DNA of 64,000 bases from Octopus sinensis (taxonomy: Eukaryota): positions 45,074,001 through 45,138,000 of the forward strand of contig NC_043007.1 of assembly GCF_006345805.1 (NCBI RefSeq), in the 5' to 3' direction. The notes below the pieces were generated by a model. The model saw nothing but the letters and a program-made list of their open reading frames with translations. It was not told the DNA's origin and searched no databases. The translations under genes were made by a program, and so were the position numbers. Shown piece by piece: positions 11,491 through 24,011 of the stretch; position 1 is the stretch's first letter, and every line of letters begins with the position of its first letter.

Positions 11491-11969
11491 GCCAACACTT
11501 CGAGTGCAAATTGAGTTTCAGTCAAGTGTCTAACATAGTTAACTCGTTAATGTCACCTGAAAACAATTTTAAAAAAGAAAACAACATTGTAAAGAAATTA
11601 ATCCTCACCAAATTTGACGAGAACATCGCAAGACTCCCTATCCAAGAATCTAAAATCATTAGTCATTTACGACCACAAATCAATAGTTACCAGAAGTTTC
11701 ATGACTGTCACAAGTTTAGTCCATCATGTTATTTTGAATATCTCGTGTCATTCATCCTAACGCTACGTTGTATGTTTCAGAGCGGGTTTTTATGTTATAT
11801 ATTATTAATGTTTCAATTTGAGAGTTTTGCTATATGATTAGGATTTTGTCAAGCTGAAATATTGCAAAAACTAAACAAAGCAAAGAAAAACCCGAGACAA
11901 CTTGTTTCTTGTCAATATTATTTACCGAATAAAAAAAAAATGCCCTTCACTTTCCTACACCTGCACTTA

Positions 11970-12202
11970 CAGGGTTGGCCAAAAGTCACCTGACAGTAAA
12001 TGAAAACCATTTAATTGTAAGATTTATTTACGTTTAACAACTGAATGAATTTAATAAAAGTATCCAAATATGAAACATCATGAAAATAGTTCAAACTGAA
12101 GTCCTTCTTGAGTGGCACATTTTCCCATTTGAGTTAATACAGAATTACGGATAGTATTTATGAAACTTTGATTTACTGTCGGTAGACTTTTGGCCAACCC
12201 TG
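11970..12202. mobile_element. Tc1/mariner MITE
   Basis: TIRs CAGGGTTGGCCAAAAGTC (18 bp perfect, ~32 bp in total), flanked by TA on both sides. Confidence 0.92.
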
Positions 12203-14999
12203 TATAACTTCCTACATAGTTTCTAAGCTCACGTCATATGTGAAATATATATCTTATTATTTATGTATTTAAAAGCTAATAATAATTCGTGTAGCTGGTG
12301 GTGTATTGATTGATATATTAAAAAATAAAAGTTTTAATAAAAAGTTTCCTTCCCGTTTAAAACAAAAATATCTAAAGATTCTAGAGGATATTGTCAGTGA
12401 CCCTCAAGGAAAACGGGAGATAATTTCATGAAATACTTTTCAGAGAGAATTTGATTTTCCTGCTTAGAAGGAAACTTCTAATCTTTGTTGATGTTCTAAC
12501 AGATACACCAATCTAGCTCCTTATAAGTGATATTCTAATACTGAAGTTCCAAGAGGGAGATAGATAGAAAACTCGGTCGAGTTGCAAGAAGATTTTGCAT
12601 CTAGCTTTAATTAGGGCTCTTTAAGTTTTGAGTTCAAGTCACGTCCGTATGTAATTTGCTTTTCAGCAGCCTTCCTTGCGTTGATACAACAAATATGAGT
12701 TAAGTAGAGATTAATCTTATCGATTTTTGTACGTTTTATATTAATTACTCAATAACAGGAAATGTTTTTGAAACTGACTTCCATACGGTTTCTCTCCCTC
12801 AAGTTTTACCCACAAACTTTGATCGACCGAGGCTATCTTTAAAGACGACTAGCGTAGTTGTCACGGAGTTGGATCGTATAGATCCAAAGCAAACTATTGA
12901 AAAACAATGTCATGTCTGCACCTAGATGGTAGCATGTATTCTAAGGGAGATTTGTCTGCTATTTCTATCATGGTCAAGTGAGGACGTAGATGCACCTTCA
13001 GTGCCTCGAATTCTAGTATTTTCTCCGACCCTTTATTAAGGTGGTCCAGGAACAATTACCTAGCACCCTACCGTAGAAGTGAAACCAAATTCTTCTTCCC
13101 GACTGTTGATTCTGCACTACGAATTCGGTTTACACTGAAGTATAATATTTCACTTCACTCATCCAAAGTCATTGAAAGAGTTCTAAACATCAGCTAATCT
13201 TCACCTTAACGTCTTAAATATATCTAAAACGTGGTTGTTTGTGGAAGAGACCGTCTATTATGGTTTCATACATTAAGAAATCAATAATGACGAAAATGAA
13301 GAGTGTCCAGTGAAGTATCTCAACATTATTCATTATTCTCAAATTAGGATTTCATCGATTTCATCGTATCGCCCTTAAATAGCTCTCAATATCGTTTCCT
13401 TTATTTCCCTCAATTTTTAAATATCCACCAATCCCACTTTCAATCTATTAATCCAACCATTTGAAGTATTCTCCGATTAATCAATGCAGTTCTATGCCTC
13501 TCTATAACATCCTAAATACAACTACCCGACTACCCCACTCGTCATTCTTTGTTAAATAGTCACTTTGAATAGCCATCTCTTTAATAACTAAGTACCCCAT
13601 TCAGATACCCAAGCCGCCCTTTCTCTCTTCTTTTCTCTATCAGCTGGCCTGTCTTAACTGTTTCTCCATCTACTTTGTCTTCTCGCTTCTTGTAGCTGTC
13701 AATTTAGTGACTCACCTCTTTTATCATATCCAGCAATGTGTAATGTCTCCACGACCATTTCTCTTTCCTCTACATCTAATCTCGTCCTTCTATCACTATA
13801 CTCCTCTCCATCCAGCCAACATAACTTATCCAAATGCTTCCATTTCTCTTTCCTAATTCTCTCTCCGTTCTAGTCTTTCTCTTTTTCTCTTCTTCTGTCA
13901 TATTTCTTTATACCTTCCTACTCTTTCTATCCATTCAGTCAACCGACCATCCACCATTATTCTTGACATCTCTTAATATTTATCAATCTATTCATCACAT
14001 TATTCATCCGTCCATCCATCTGTCCATCGATATATCCATCGATATATTCATCCATCCATCCATCCATCCTACTATCTATCCATCCATTTTAGAAGCTTAG
14101 CCACCCAAAACATACGCCTTGATTTTTAAAGTTATTTCTTGTGCTAGTTACATTATAAGTACCCAAAACTCATCGATGCTTAACGTTGCTTCTCCGTTCA
14201 TCAGTTCTGTATCTCTGTCAATATATATGCAGACATTCGCTTTCTCGCGCATACATACACACACACACGCACACATTCACACATGCACTCACACGCATTT
14301 ATATAAATCCTCACACACGCACGTACGTACGCTCTATCACATACATGAAGTTAAATATTAACATCGATTCTGACAGTTATACACACACACGTATATGTAA
14401 ATACACACAAGAATGCACGTACGAACAGAAACCTTAGTGATTTGAAATAAAAAGTTAATAACAATAACAACAAGATCATCATCATCAACAACAACGACAA
14501 CAACAACAACAACAACAATAATTCTGGTTGATTTCTTACATTGGTACAACCCTATAAAATAGTTTTCTTTATGGGGGTTGGGTGAGGTACCTGCCTGGTA
14601 TTCATTTAATTAAGTCAGTGCTAACATATTTAAGGAAGTCAGTAATATACTTTAATTAATTGTAATTTGAAGTGAGCCAAGATATTTTAATTAATTAAAA
14701 TATGCCCAGAAATGATTTTTTGTCTTAATTCAGTTACACTATCCAATACATAAAGTTTCACAGTAACTAAACTCAGCTGCTCATTCGTAGATATTTTGGT
14801 TGAAAAAATTTACTTTCGATGTATTTTCAAAAATAGCGAAGATAGTTATTTAATGATTAGTTCTGCTCAAGAAAGTTGGCGGAAACAACTCCAAAATTTT
14901 AATTAATCATTTCTAACACAAGGCCTGAACTTTTGTGGGTAGTGGGCTAGTCGTTTATATCGACCCCCACTTCAATACTCGACTGGTACTTATTTTATT

Positions 15000-15261
15000 G
15001 TGGAGGCGCGTGGCTTAATGGTTAGGGTGTCAGCATCATAATTATAAGATTGCGGCTTCGATTCCTGGACCGGGCGACGCGTTGTGTTCTTGAGCAAAAC
15101 ACTTCATTTCACGTTGCTCCAGTCCACTCAGCTGGAAGAAATGAGTAACGATGCGATGGACTGGCGTCCCGTCCCGCTGGAAAACATATACGCCATTGAA
15201 ATCGAGAAACCGGGCCCATGAGCCTGGCTAGGCTTTAAAAGGGCGCATTTATTTTTTTATT
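15000..15261 (+). mobile_element. CORE-type SINE, head B + tail 1
   Basis: Perfect 13-bp TSD TACTTATTTTATT at 14987-14999 and 15262-15274. Confidence 0.9.
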
Positions 15262-15350
15262 TACTTATTTTATTAACTGCGAAAGAATGAAAGGCAAAGT
15301 CTACTTCGGTAGAATTCGAACTCAGAACGTAAAGCCAGAAAAAACGTCGC

Positions 15351-15569
15351 CGTTCTTTTCAACTCTAGGCACAAGGCTCGAAATTTTGGGGGAGGGGGCC
15401 AGTCGATTAGATTGACCCCAGTACGCAATTGGTACTTAATTTATCGATCCCGAAAGGCTGAAAGGCAAAGTCGACCTCGATGGAATTTGAACTTAGATCG
15501 TAAAGACAGGCGAAATACTGCCAAGCTTTTCGTCCGGCGTGCTAACGTGTCTGCCAACTCGCCGCCTTA
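15351..15569 (-). mobile_element. SINE-S1 nested within another S1
   Basis: Full-length S1; imperfect TSD AAAACGTCGC/GAAATGTCGC. Confidence 0.85.
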
Positions 15570-16253
15570 GAAATGTCGCTATTCATCTTGTCCGGTTTGC
15601 TAACGATTCTGCTATCTGCCTTTATAAAGCTTCATTAAAAACAGTCAAAAAAGTAATGAAGGGTGAACCTCTTGAGCAAGTACGGTGAGAAGCCTGAGCA
15701 TGTTTTACTTGCTTGTTTTCTTTTCAGTGAATTATTAGTCTTTAGAAGTACTCCAAGGTTTCGTAAGTAATTCATACACTTCGGAAGGTAAGAAAATGGA
15801 ATGGAAAAGGTAATTAATTGTCTACTTTGTAACATACATAGTGGTGGTGTTTAGTCCACAGACAAGCTTAATCGATCAAACTCATGAGTAATGGTAAATC
15901 AGCTTGACATATTACTTTAACACGCACTGAAGGAGCAGTGAAACGGAGCATGATAAAATGTCCTGTCTCAAAAATAACTCACAAGGGGATCAAAGATACA
16001 TATTAAACAAAATACAAAAAGTAATATTTAGCCCTACTTAATCGTGGCTGTTCTGTTAGAACAAACTATACTGCGGTAGTTGCCAAAGAAAAAAAAATGC
16101 AAGTGCGTATTATAACACAATCAAAGAGAAAAAAATCATAAGGTTTAATGTATAAAAAAAAACTACTGAAAATGTATACTTGCTGAAATATATAAATAAA
16201 TGTATATTCAAATTATATATTTAGAAAATAATTATTCAAAGTTCATAATTATT

Positions 16254-16625
16254 CAGGAGTGGTTGTGTGGTAAGTAGCTTGCTTACAAACCACAGGTTCC
16301 TGGATTCAGTCCCACCGCGTGGCACCTTTGGTAAGTGTCTTCTACTACAGCCTCGGGCTGACCAAAGCCTTGTGAGTGGATTTGATAGACGGAAACTGAA
16401 AGAATCTCGTCGTATATGTAGATATAAATATATATGTTTGTGCGTGTGTGTGTATGTTTGTGTGTCTGTGTTTGTCTCCCCAACATCGCTTGACAACCGA
16501 TGCTGGGGCATTTACGTCCCCGTAACTTAGCGGTTCGGCAAAAGACACCAATAGAATAAGTATATCTTACAAAGAATAAGATCTGGGGTCGATTCAGAAA
16601 ACCGAAACAAGTAAAAGAATGAATG
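16254..16625 (+). mobile_element. SINE-S3 (GGAGTGGCTGTGTGGTAAG.. family with internal TA/TG microsatellite)
   Basis: tRNA-like head, GGCACCTTGGGCAAGTGTCTT-type core, internal microsatellite, GAAACAAGTAAAAGA tail. Confidence 0.88.
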
Positions 16626-17059
16626 AAAGAAATGCTGTTAGAACTGTGATACATATTTTAGATGCAATATATTGATAAAAGTATGTATTTATATATTCCA
16701 TCTAACATATATCCTGATTGATGAATGAACAGATGGAACTGGAGATATATCGAGATTTCTAAAACTTTATAGAATAGCGTAACCGAAGGTTAAATTATAT
16801 ATAATAAAAAATAATATCGCAGTCAAAGAGTCAGTCTAATAAAATAAGTAGCTATCGTTACTCATGTTTAACGATGATAAAATCTATTTTTTAATTTTGA
16901 TGCTCTTGAGGAAAGATTTAGAGCATAAGTGAAGCACCATACTGATGATTAAAATTATCTGCCATGTAAATAATATATAATTATATATTATCTAAAGTAT
17001 TGTTTGTAAATATGTATAAATATGTATTTATGCACACATATATTTGTACATAAAACAGA

Positions 17060-17372
17060 TAGGTTTCGACGAAAGATTAGTCCAGGCCGTGTCTAACTTA
17101 ATAGCACCACCCGATAGGATTATCTAAATTCTTTTTAAGTCAAGTTTTGTGGTATCATGGTCCATTCAAGTAGGGAGTTCTTGTTGAGTGAGTTGTATCC
17201 AGGTATAGGTGCCTTATCTGGTATTCCTTGAAGAAATTTGTCCACATAGTGTTTAAAGGTGATGGGATCCTTTTCCTCTTTGATCAGTTTTGGGACAATG
17301 TTAAACAGGGCAGAAGATGTATTATGGCTCGTGGTCACAGCCTTGGATGAATCTTAAATGCTGGCGGTATAT
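17060..17372 (-). mobile_element. CR1/L2-group LINE 3' remnant
   Basis: ORF 17135-17338 (ALFNIVPKLIK..FKHYVDKFLQGIPDKAPIPGY..NSL) resembles CR1-type ORF2 C-termini. Confidence 0.65.
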
Positions 17373-17485
17373 CGGTATATTCTATATATCTATAAGTACG
17401 CCGGCATATATATAATATATATATATATAACTAACTTGAAAATGGATGCGTGGCGTTCGATCATATAATAATATAAATTATATAT

Positions 17486-17580
<95 letters not shown>

Positions 17581-17625
17581 TACATATACATACTTACATA
17601 TATATGTATATACACATGCATATAT

Positions 17626-17780
17626 GGTTCAGGACGTCGAAAAACGTAAACAACATGAATAACGAGAACATGAAATACAAAAACACGGAAAACGAACTTT
17701 TTTGCGAACAACGAAAGAAATAAATAGAAAAACGAGATAAGCAACATAAAGAACAATCCCTTCATCAGTTGTCTACTGTT
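17626..17780 (-). mobile_element. short (TA)-anchored repeat (GACAACTGATGAAGGG family), probably Penelope-derived
   Basis: Related to 62660-62883 and 63780-63920; ends GACGTCCTGAACCA-(TA)n. Confidence 0.5.
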
Positions 17781-18586
17781 TTACATAAAAATATCTTGAA
17801 ATACTAAACAGTAAATTTATTCAATAAAATCACCATTGGCTTCAATCACGGCCTCCTGACGACTTCGGAATCTCCTGCAATTCTACTCTTCTGTACGGTC
17901 TCTCTGTTTAAGTTGGTGAATGCTGCTATAATCCTTGCTTCACTTCATCTTTGGTGTTACAAAGAGTTTTGTTGGTCTCTCGCTCAACTGCGCCCCACAC
18001 ATAATAATTAAGAGAGTTGCAGTCTGGGGAGTTAGGTGGCCAGATTTTAGGGGTGATGTGCTCGCACAAATTACCTGACAGCCATGACTTGGTTCTCCTG
18101 TTTGTGTGGCATGGTGCAGAGTCCTGCTGCCAGATATAGGGTCTTCCAACAGCCACCTTTTTGATCCAGGGCAGCACTACCTCCTCCAGGCACTTGATGT
18201 AGGCCTCTGTGTTGAGTGTGAGGCCGTGTGGGAAGATGAATTGAGGCATAACGTCACCATCACTAGTGATCATTCCAAACATCATGACGTTGACTGGATG
18301 TTTGATTTTTATCACTCTCGGTACATGTCCCCAGATTGAACTGTCCTCAGTTTGACACCCAAACACTCTGAAATGTTCGTATCAGAGCTTCCGGTGCTAA
18401 TGTCAAGCAGTACAGCATGCCGCTTCCAAATTTCTGACTGAAGGAATTGCGTCATGGTGCTGTTTGTCTCACAGATGGTGCCCAACTGACCCTACTATAC
18501 TGTGTAGTCGAGAAAATCAAAAACAAACAATGCGTATGTGCGAAATCAAAAATATAAAATTGCGACAATTTTTCAATCGCACCCTG
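17781..18586 (-). mobile_element. Tc1/mariner DD37D (maT-type) transposon, internally deleted and defective
   Basis: QQDSAPCH..WPPNSPDCNSLNYYVWG with 37 residues between D and the third catalytic position (mutated to N); C-terminus EAVIEANGDFIE*; terminus CAGGGTG flanked by TA at 18587-18588. Confidence 0.88.
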
Positions 18587-18609
18587 TATATATATGTGTG
18601 TGTGTATGT

Positions 18610-18658
<49 letters not shown>

Positions 18659-19007
18659 TACACATATATACATACATACACAGGCACACGCCCACAGACA
18701 CATTTGTGTGTGTGTGATCTGCCGATTTTGAACGTTTCATTTAAATACCAAACACTGTATTATAAACATAGGTTAAAAAAGCTACAACAGTTCATAGTAT
18801 CTATTGAATCAATTAATACACAGTTATCACTCATATATCTCGAGGGTAGAAGTAATCACGATGTAATTCTAACAATGAATCATTAATTAGTCTGTAAAAG
18901 ATAAGTATATGAGAAATAATTATGATGATAATGTTGATAATGAGGATGATGATGACAGCATCACTAACATCAAAAGCAACAACAACAATAATAATGAGGT
19001 TAATGTT

Positions 19008-19415
19008 TTCTCTTTTATTCTCTTTTACTTGTTTCAGTCATCTCACTGTGGCCATGCTGAAGCACCGCTTTTAGTCGAGCAAATCGACCCCAGGACTTAT
19101 TCATTGCAAGCCTAGTACTTATTCTATCGATCACTTATGTCGAACCGCTAAGTTACGGGGACGTAAACACACAAGCATCGGTTGTCAAGCGATGTTGGGG
19201 GGACAAACACAGACACACAAATATATACACACACACATATATATATATATATAAACATATACGACGGGCTTCTTTCAGTTTCCGTCTACCAAATCCACTC
19301 ACAAGGCTTTGGTCGGCCCGAGGCTATAGTAGAAGGCAGTTGCCCAAGGTGCCACGCAGTGGTACTGAACCCGGAACCATGTGGTTCGTAAGCAAGCTGC
19401 TTACCACACTGCCAC
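19008..19415 (-). mobile_element. SINE-S3
   Basis: Near full-length reverse copy of S3. Confidence 0.9.
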
Positions 19416-19469
19416 ACATTAATGATGATAAAAATATATATTTACCATATATATGTAATGAAAACATTG

Positions 19470-19905
19470 AGGAAAGACACCTTACTCTTAGGCAAGCTAT
19501 TCTCGATTTTTTAAAGTTCCTCTTGGAAAGGAAAGTGAAGAGGAGAAGGAAGTGCTACCTTACAGTGAATTCGTTAAAAGATGAGTGACTGGAAAAAATG
19601 GTTAGAGTGAATGGCCTTACTCTAAATATGAGCCTTTTGATTGGAGAGCTGGGGAGAGGGCTTGCATCTTTTGTGGTCAGGGTAATCCTGGATCTGTGGG
19701 GTTCCTTGATTGTCTCCGGTTGGAATTTCTTCTTTATCAGGGAGACTGCATCATTCGGGTTACTACACACTTTGTATACGATGCATGTTTTTATTGCATT
19801 TCACTGCCTTTTCCATTTCTTTCTTCCCATCCTTTATGTAAATCCCTTCACAAATTGTTGTCTGTCCTTGTGATGGCCCCCTCATCTACGCCCCTGTAGC
19901 TAAAA

Positions 19906-19906
<1 letters not shown>
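19470..19906 (+). mobile_element. probable L1/Tx1-clade LINE 3' remnant
   Basis: Frameshifted ILDFLKFLLERKVK../EFVKR*..MVRVNG ORF end, followed by a 3' UTR ending TAAAAA before a (TAT)n tract; clade assigned by resemblance only. Confidence 0.5.
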
Positions 19907-19947
<41 letters not shown>

Positions 19948-19958
19948 ATTATTATTAT

Positions 19959-20053
<95 letters not shown>
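19907..20053. repeat. (TAT)n(TAC)n(TAT)n microsatellite
   Basis: Directly visible. Confidence 0.95.
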
Positions 20054-20054
<1 letters not shown>

Positions 20055-20055
20055 T

Positions 20056-20275
20056 AAGGTGGCGAGCTGGATGAATCGTTTGCACGCCGGGCAATATGCT
20101 TAGCGGCTTTTCGTCTGTCCTTATGTTCTGAGTTCAAATTTCGCCGAGATCGACTTTGCCTTTCATCCTTTAGGGCCGATAAATTAAGTACCAGTTGAGT
20201 ACTGGAGTCAATATAATCGACTAATCCCCTACCCACAAATTTCAGGCCTTTTGCTTTTAGTAGAGCGGATTATTA
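20056..20275 (+). mobile_element. SINE-S1
   Basis: Full S1 consensus ending in (TTA)n. Confidence 0.85.
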
Positions 20276-20592
20276 TTATAATTTGTAGTAGTGCTGATGG
20301 CAGTAGCAGTATTTTAATATCGGATGGCGAGCTGATAAAATCTTTAGAGCTACAGAGAAAATGCCTTAGATTATTTATTCAGTCTCTGTACATATTTGTA
20401 TATCATACATTTGTGAGATACGAGAAAATAAACAGAAGAAAAGTAAGACATTATATTAGTAAAAATAGAATAGGTAAAGACACTAATAAGAGATCAAAAC
20501 TAGTTCTAGCAAGAAGCATTTATAGCAATCATAGAACGATAATCTCATATCATCAGAGAGGCATTTTATTCTTGATAATTATTATGTCAATA

Positions 20593-20805
20593 CGGCGGTG
20601 AGCTGGCAGAGTCGTTAGCACTCCGGGCGAAATGCTTAGCGGCATTTCGTTCGTCATAATGTCCTGAGTTCAAATCCCGCCGAGGTCCACTTTGTATATC
20701 AACCTTTCGGGGTCGATGAAATAATTACCAGTTGAATACTGAGGTCGATGTAATCAACTTACTGCGGCCCAGGATTTGCTAGCCTTGTGCCAAGATCTGA
20801 AACCA
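20593..20805 (+). mobile_element. SINE-S1
   Basis: Full S1 consensus. Confidence 0.85.
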
Positions 20806-20822
20806 ACAATTATTACGTTAAT

Positions 20823-21225
20823 AAGGTTGCGAGGTGACAGATTTGTTAGCACTCCGGGCGAAATGCTTAGTGGTATTTCGTCTGCCGCTACGTTCTGAGT
20901 TCAAATTCCGCCGAGGTCGACTTTACCTTTCATCCTTTCGGGGTCGATTAAATAAGTACCACTTACGCACTGGGGTCGATATAATCGACTTAATCCGTTT
21001 GTTGCCCTTGTTTGTCCCCTCTGTGTGTAGCCCCTTGTGGGTAGTAAAGAAATAGGCATTTCGTCTGTCTTCATGTTCTGAGTTCAAATTCCGCCGAGGT
21101 TCCACTTTGCTTTTCATCCCATTCGAAGCCAATAAAATAAGTACTAATTTATGCACTGGGGTCAATGTAATCGACTTACGCCTATCCAGAAATTGCTACC
21201 CTTGTGCCAAAAATTGAAATCAACG
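20823..21225 (+). mobile_element. SINE-S1 dimer (head + body-tail B + body-tail A)
   Basis: Junction AAGAAATAG|GCATTTCGTC at ~21056. Confidence 0.85.
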
Positions 21226-21340
21226 CGTGAATAGGATATGAAATTAACAAGTGCTTGTTTGATGTTATTCTTTTCGAATATGTATCGGGTATAGTTTCCT
21301 TCGCAAATAATACTTCAAATCTTCAAATTATTGAGTTCTA

Positions 21341-21580
21341 TTGGGTTGTCCGGAAAGTTCGTTCCGATTTTTAAAGGAAAGAAAAGGGTCAATAAATACT
21401 TGCCTTTACATTTTTAATCAACCAGATATGAACCATTTTGTTGCACAATGCGCCTCCATCTTCCCTTTAACTTGAAAATACCCTCTTCCCAGAAATCCTA
21501 TTTTATGGACTCAACCATGTTTTAAAATAAGTCGAAAGGTAAGCTACTATAAATCGGCACGAACTTTCCGGACAACCAAA
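21341..21580 (-). mobile_element. internally deleted mariner (MITE)
   Basis: TIR TTGGGTTGTCCGGAAAGTTCGT(T/G)CCGATTT at both ends, 5' TA; interior encodes a mariner C-terminus FWEEGIFKLKGRWRRIVQQNGSY on the minus strand. Confidence 0.9.
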
Positions 21581-21740
21581 CACATAAATTGCTCATAAAC
21601 ACGAGTTTTGAATGACCGAGGCATGAATGTTCTTAAGAACATAGCTAGTAGCAAGAATTTATCGATTGATCGAGTTAGCTGATAAAAGTATTTGTAAAAT
21701 ATAGCCAAAACGATACTGATCATGCTAAAACGGGTAGCAA

Positions 21741-21769
21741 TAGTAGTAGTAGTAGTAGTAGTAGTAGTT

Positions 21770-21823
<54 letters not shown>
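21741..21823. repeat. (TAG)n microsatellite
   Basis: Directly visible. Confidence 0.95.
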
Positions 21824-22243
21824 TGGGGGTGCATGCACTATAACACCGCATCGATGCACCCACAAATTCCCCACTATTCCCGATGAATGACGTCTTTGCA
21901 CCACTGAGGCGACAATCCTCCAACCTGTATCTGTTTGGAAACGTTGGGTCTATTCTTTGACATGTCGCTCAAACTGCAACGTGAAGTTAAGAGCACAACA
22001 CGTCGCCCAGTGTCAGAAGCGAACTCACGAACGCCAGAGCATCACCTGAATCCCTAGACCTTGCGCCTTCACAAACGTATATGATGGTATGATTATATAT
22101 AAACTATGGCTGTTATATATAACTTAGTTTTGTTATTTTAGTTCTCCTCTCAGTAGAAGCATGTTTTGTTTTTATCTTGCTATCGCTACAGAAAAAAATA
22201 TGGATATTGATATAGCTAAACTTTATAGTGTTATATTTTTCTC

Positions 22244-22286
<43 letters not shown>

Positions 22287-22814
22287 ACACACACACACAC
22301 ACAGACACAGACATACATACACACACAGACACACACACAAACACACACATGCACATACACACACACATCTATATTGTGTGTTACTGTTCTTTTGTTTTTT
22401 TATAAAATTTGCACTCCATAAAAATGCTGTTTATGTCCAATATCTATTCTATTCTAGCTACAGGTGAGATATGATATGTAGTGAAACAGTTCACATTAGC
22501 TGTCAGGTAATTTTTCGCAAATCAAAAAAGAAGAAAAAAATGTTATATTTATGTGCATATTACGTATATATTACTACACTTTCTTATAATGTAATGATAT
22601 TATGCTTACACACACACGTACACAGACACACAAACACACACATATACGTATATATACCACTTACCCACACATAGGTATGCTTGTTTATATAGACATACGT
22701 ATATAAACCTATACATATATATATATAATATATATATGTATATATATATATTTATATATATGTACTCATATATTCAGACACACGCACACACATATATATA
22801 GACACACACACATT

Positions 22815-23148
22815 TTTTGTCTTTTACCTTTTACTTGTTCCTGTCTTAGGATTGAAACACTGCTGGAGTACAACCTGGAAGGGTGTTGGTGATCACATCG
22901 AGACAAGTGCTTACGTCTTAACGCTAGGTTACGAGGACATAAACAAACCAACACCACTTATCCAGCGGTGGGGAAACAACACAGACATACATACAGAAAG
23001 ACATAGGCCACGAGCTTCCTCGTAGTTTCCATGTGTGAAATTCATTCACAAGACGTTGGTCGGCCTTTGGGTCTTGTGCAAGTTACCGCACTGAGGGAAT
23101 GAAACCGAAACCACGAGGTTGCAAAGCGAGCTTGTAAGTCACACTGCC
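22815..23148 (-). mobile_element. SINE-S3, old and degenerate
   Basis: Recognisable tail CTTTTACTTGTT and head remnants. Confidence 0.6.
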
Positions 23149-23892
23149 ATATACATACATACATACGTATGTATGTATGTATGTATGTATGTATGTATGT
23201 ATGTATGTATGTATGTATGTATGTATGTATGTATACATGTGTGTATGTATGTATGTATGTATGTATGTATGTATGTATATATGTGTATATGTGTGTTTAT
23301 ATACATGTGTGTATGCGTGTGTGTATGTATGAATATATAGACATACATGTATGTGTGCATTTACACATTAACAGATTTGATATATATTTATGTATATAGA
23401 GATATTTAGCTATCTGGGTATCTTTGTATAGTTATATATATATATACACGCACACACACGCATATAATTACACACACACACACACACACAGCTATACATG
23501 CACAGACGTATACATTCGCAGACGCATGCACATTTACAACTTATATTTCTAATTTATGAGACGAAAACAGAATAGAACATTTGCCCGGAGGAAAAGTTAA
23601 TAATTGGATGCAAAACAACAACAACAACATAAAAAAAAAAACGTCTACAGCAACAAAATATACAAAGACCATGTATAGATATAAAGAAAGAAAATTCCTT
23701 GCTGGTAGCATCCTTTAGCACCAGTGCTAAAGCATATATTCCCTAAAGCAAGAAATCGATTATCTATTTATATATTTGCGTTTAAGTCTATTTACTGATG
23801 TCATAATACCATCAAGATAAACGACAGTTTGTCATTTAATAGCTTGAGCATATTTCGGACATTTTGTGCTGCTTTCCTATTTTTATATAATA

Positions 23893-23950
<58 letters not shown>

Positions 23951-24011
23951 TTATATTATTATTATTATTATTATTGTTGTTGTTGTTGTTGTTGCTGCTG
24001 TTGTTGTTATA

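Larger units (their letters stand above)
14915..15622 (-). mobile_element. SINE-S1 host carrying two nested SINEs
   Basis: Host pieces at 14915-14999, 15262-15350 and 15570-15622. Confidence 0.75.

Noticed and set aside
11280-11837. poly-M, poly-I and adjacent 108-aa ORFs
   Set aside because: Products of (GAT)n and AT-rich sequence with no recognisable homology
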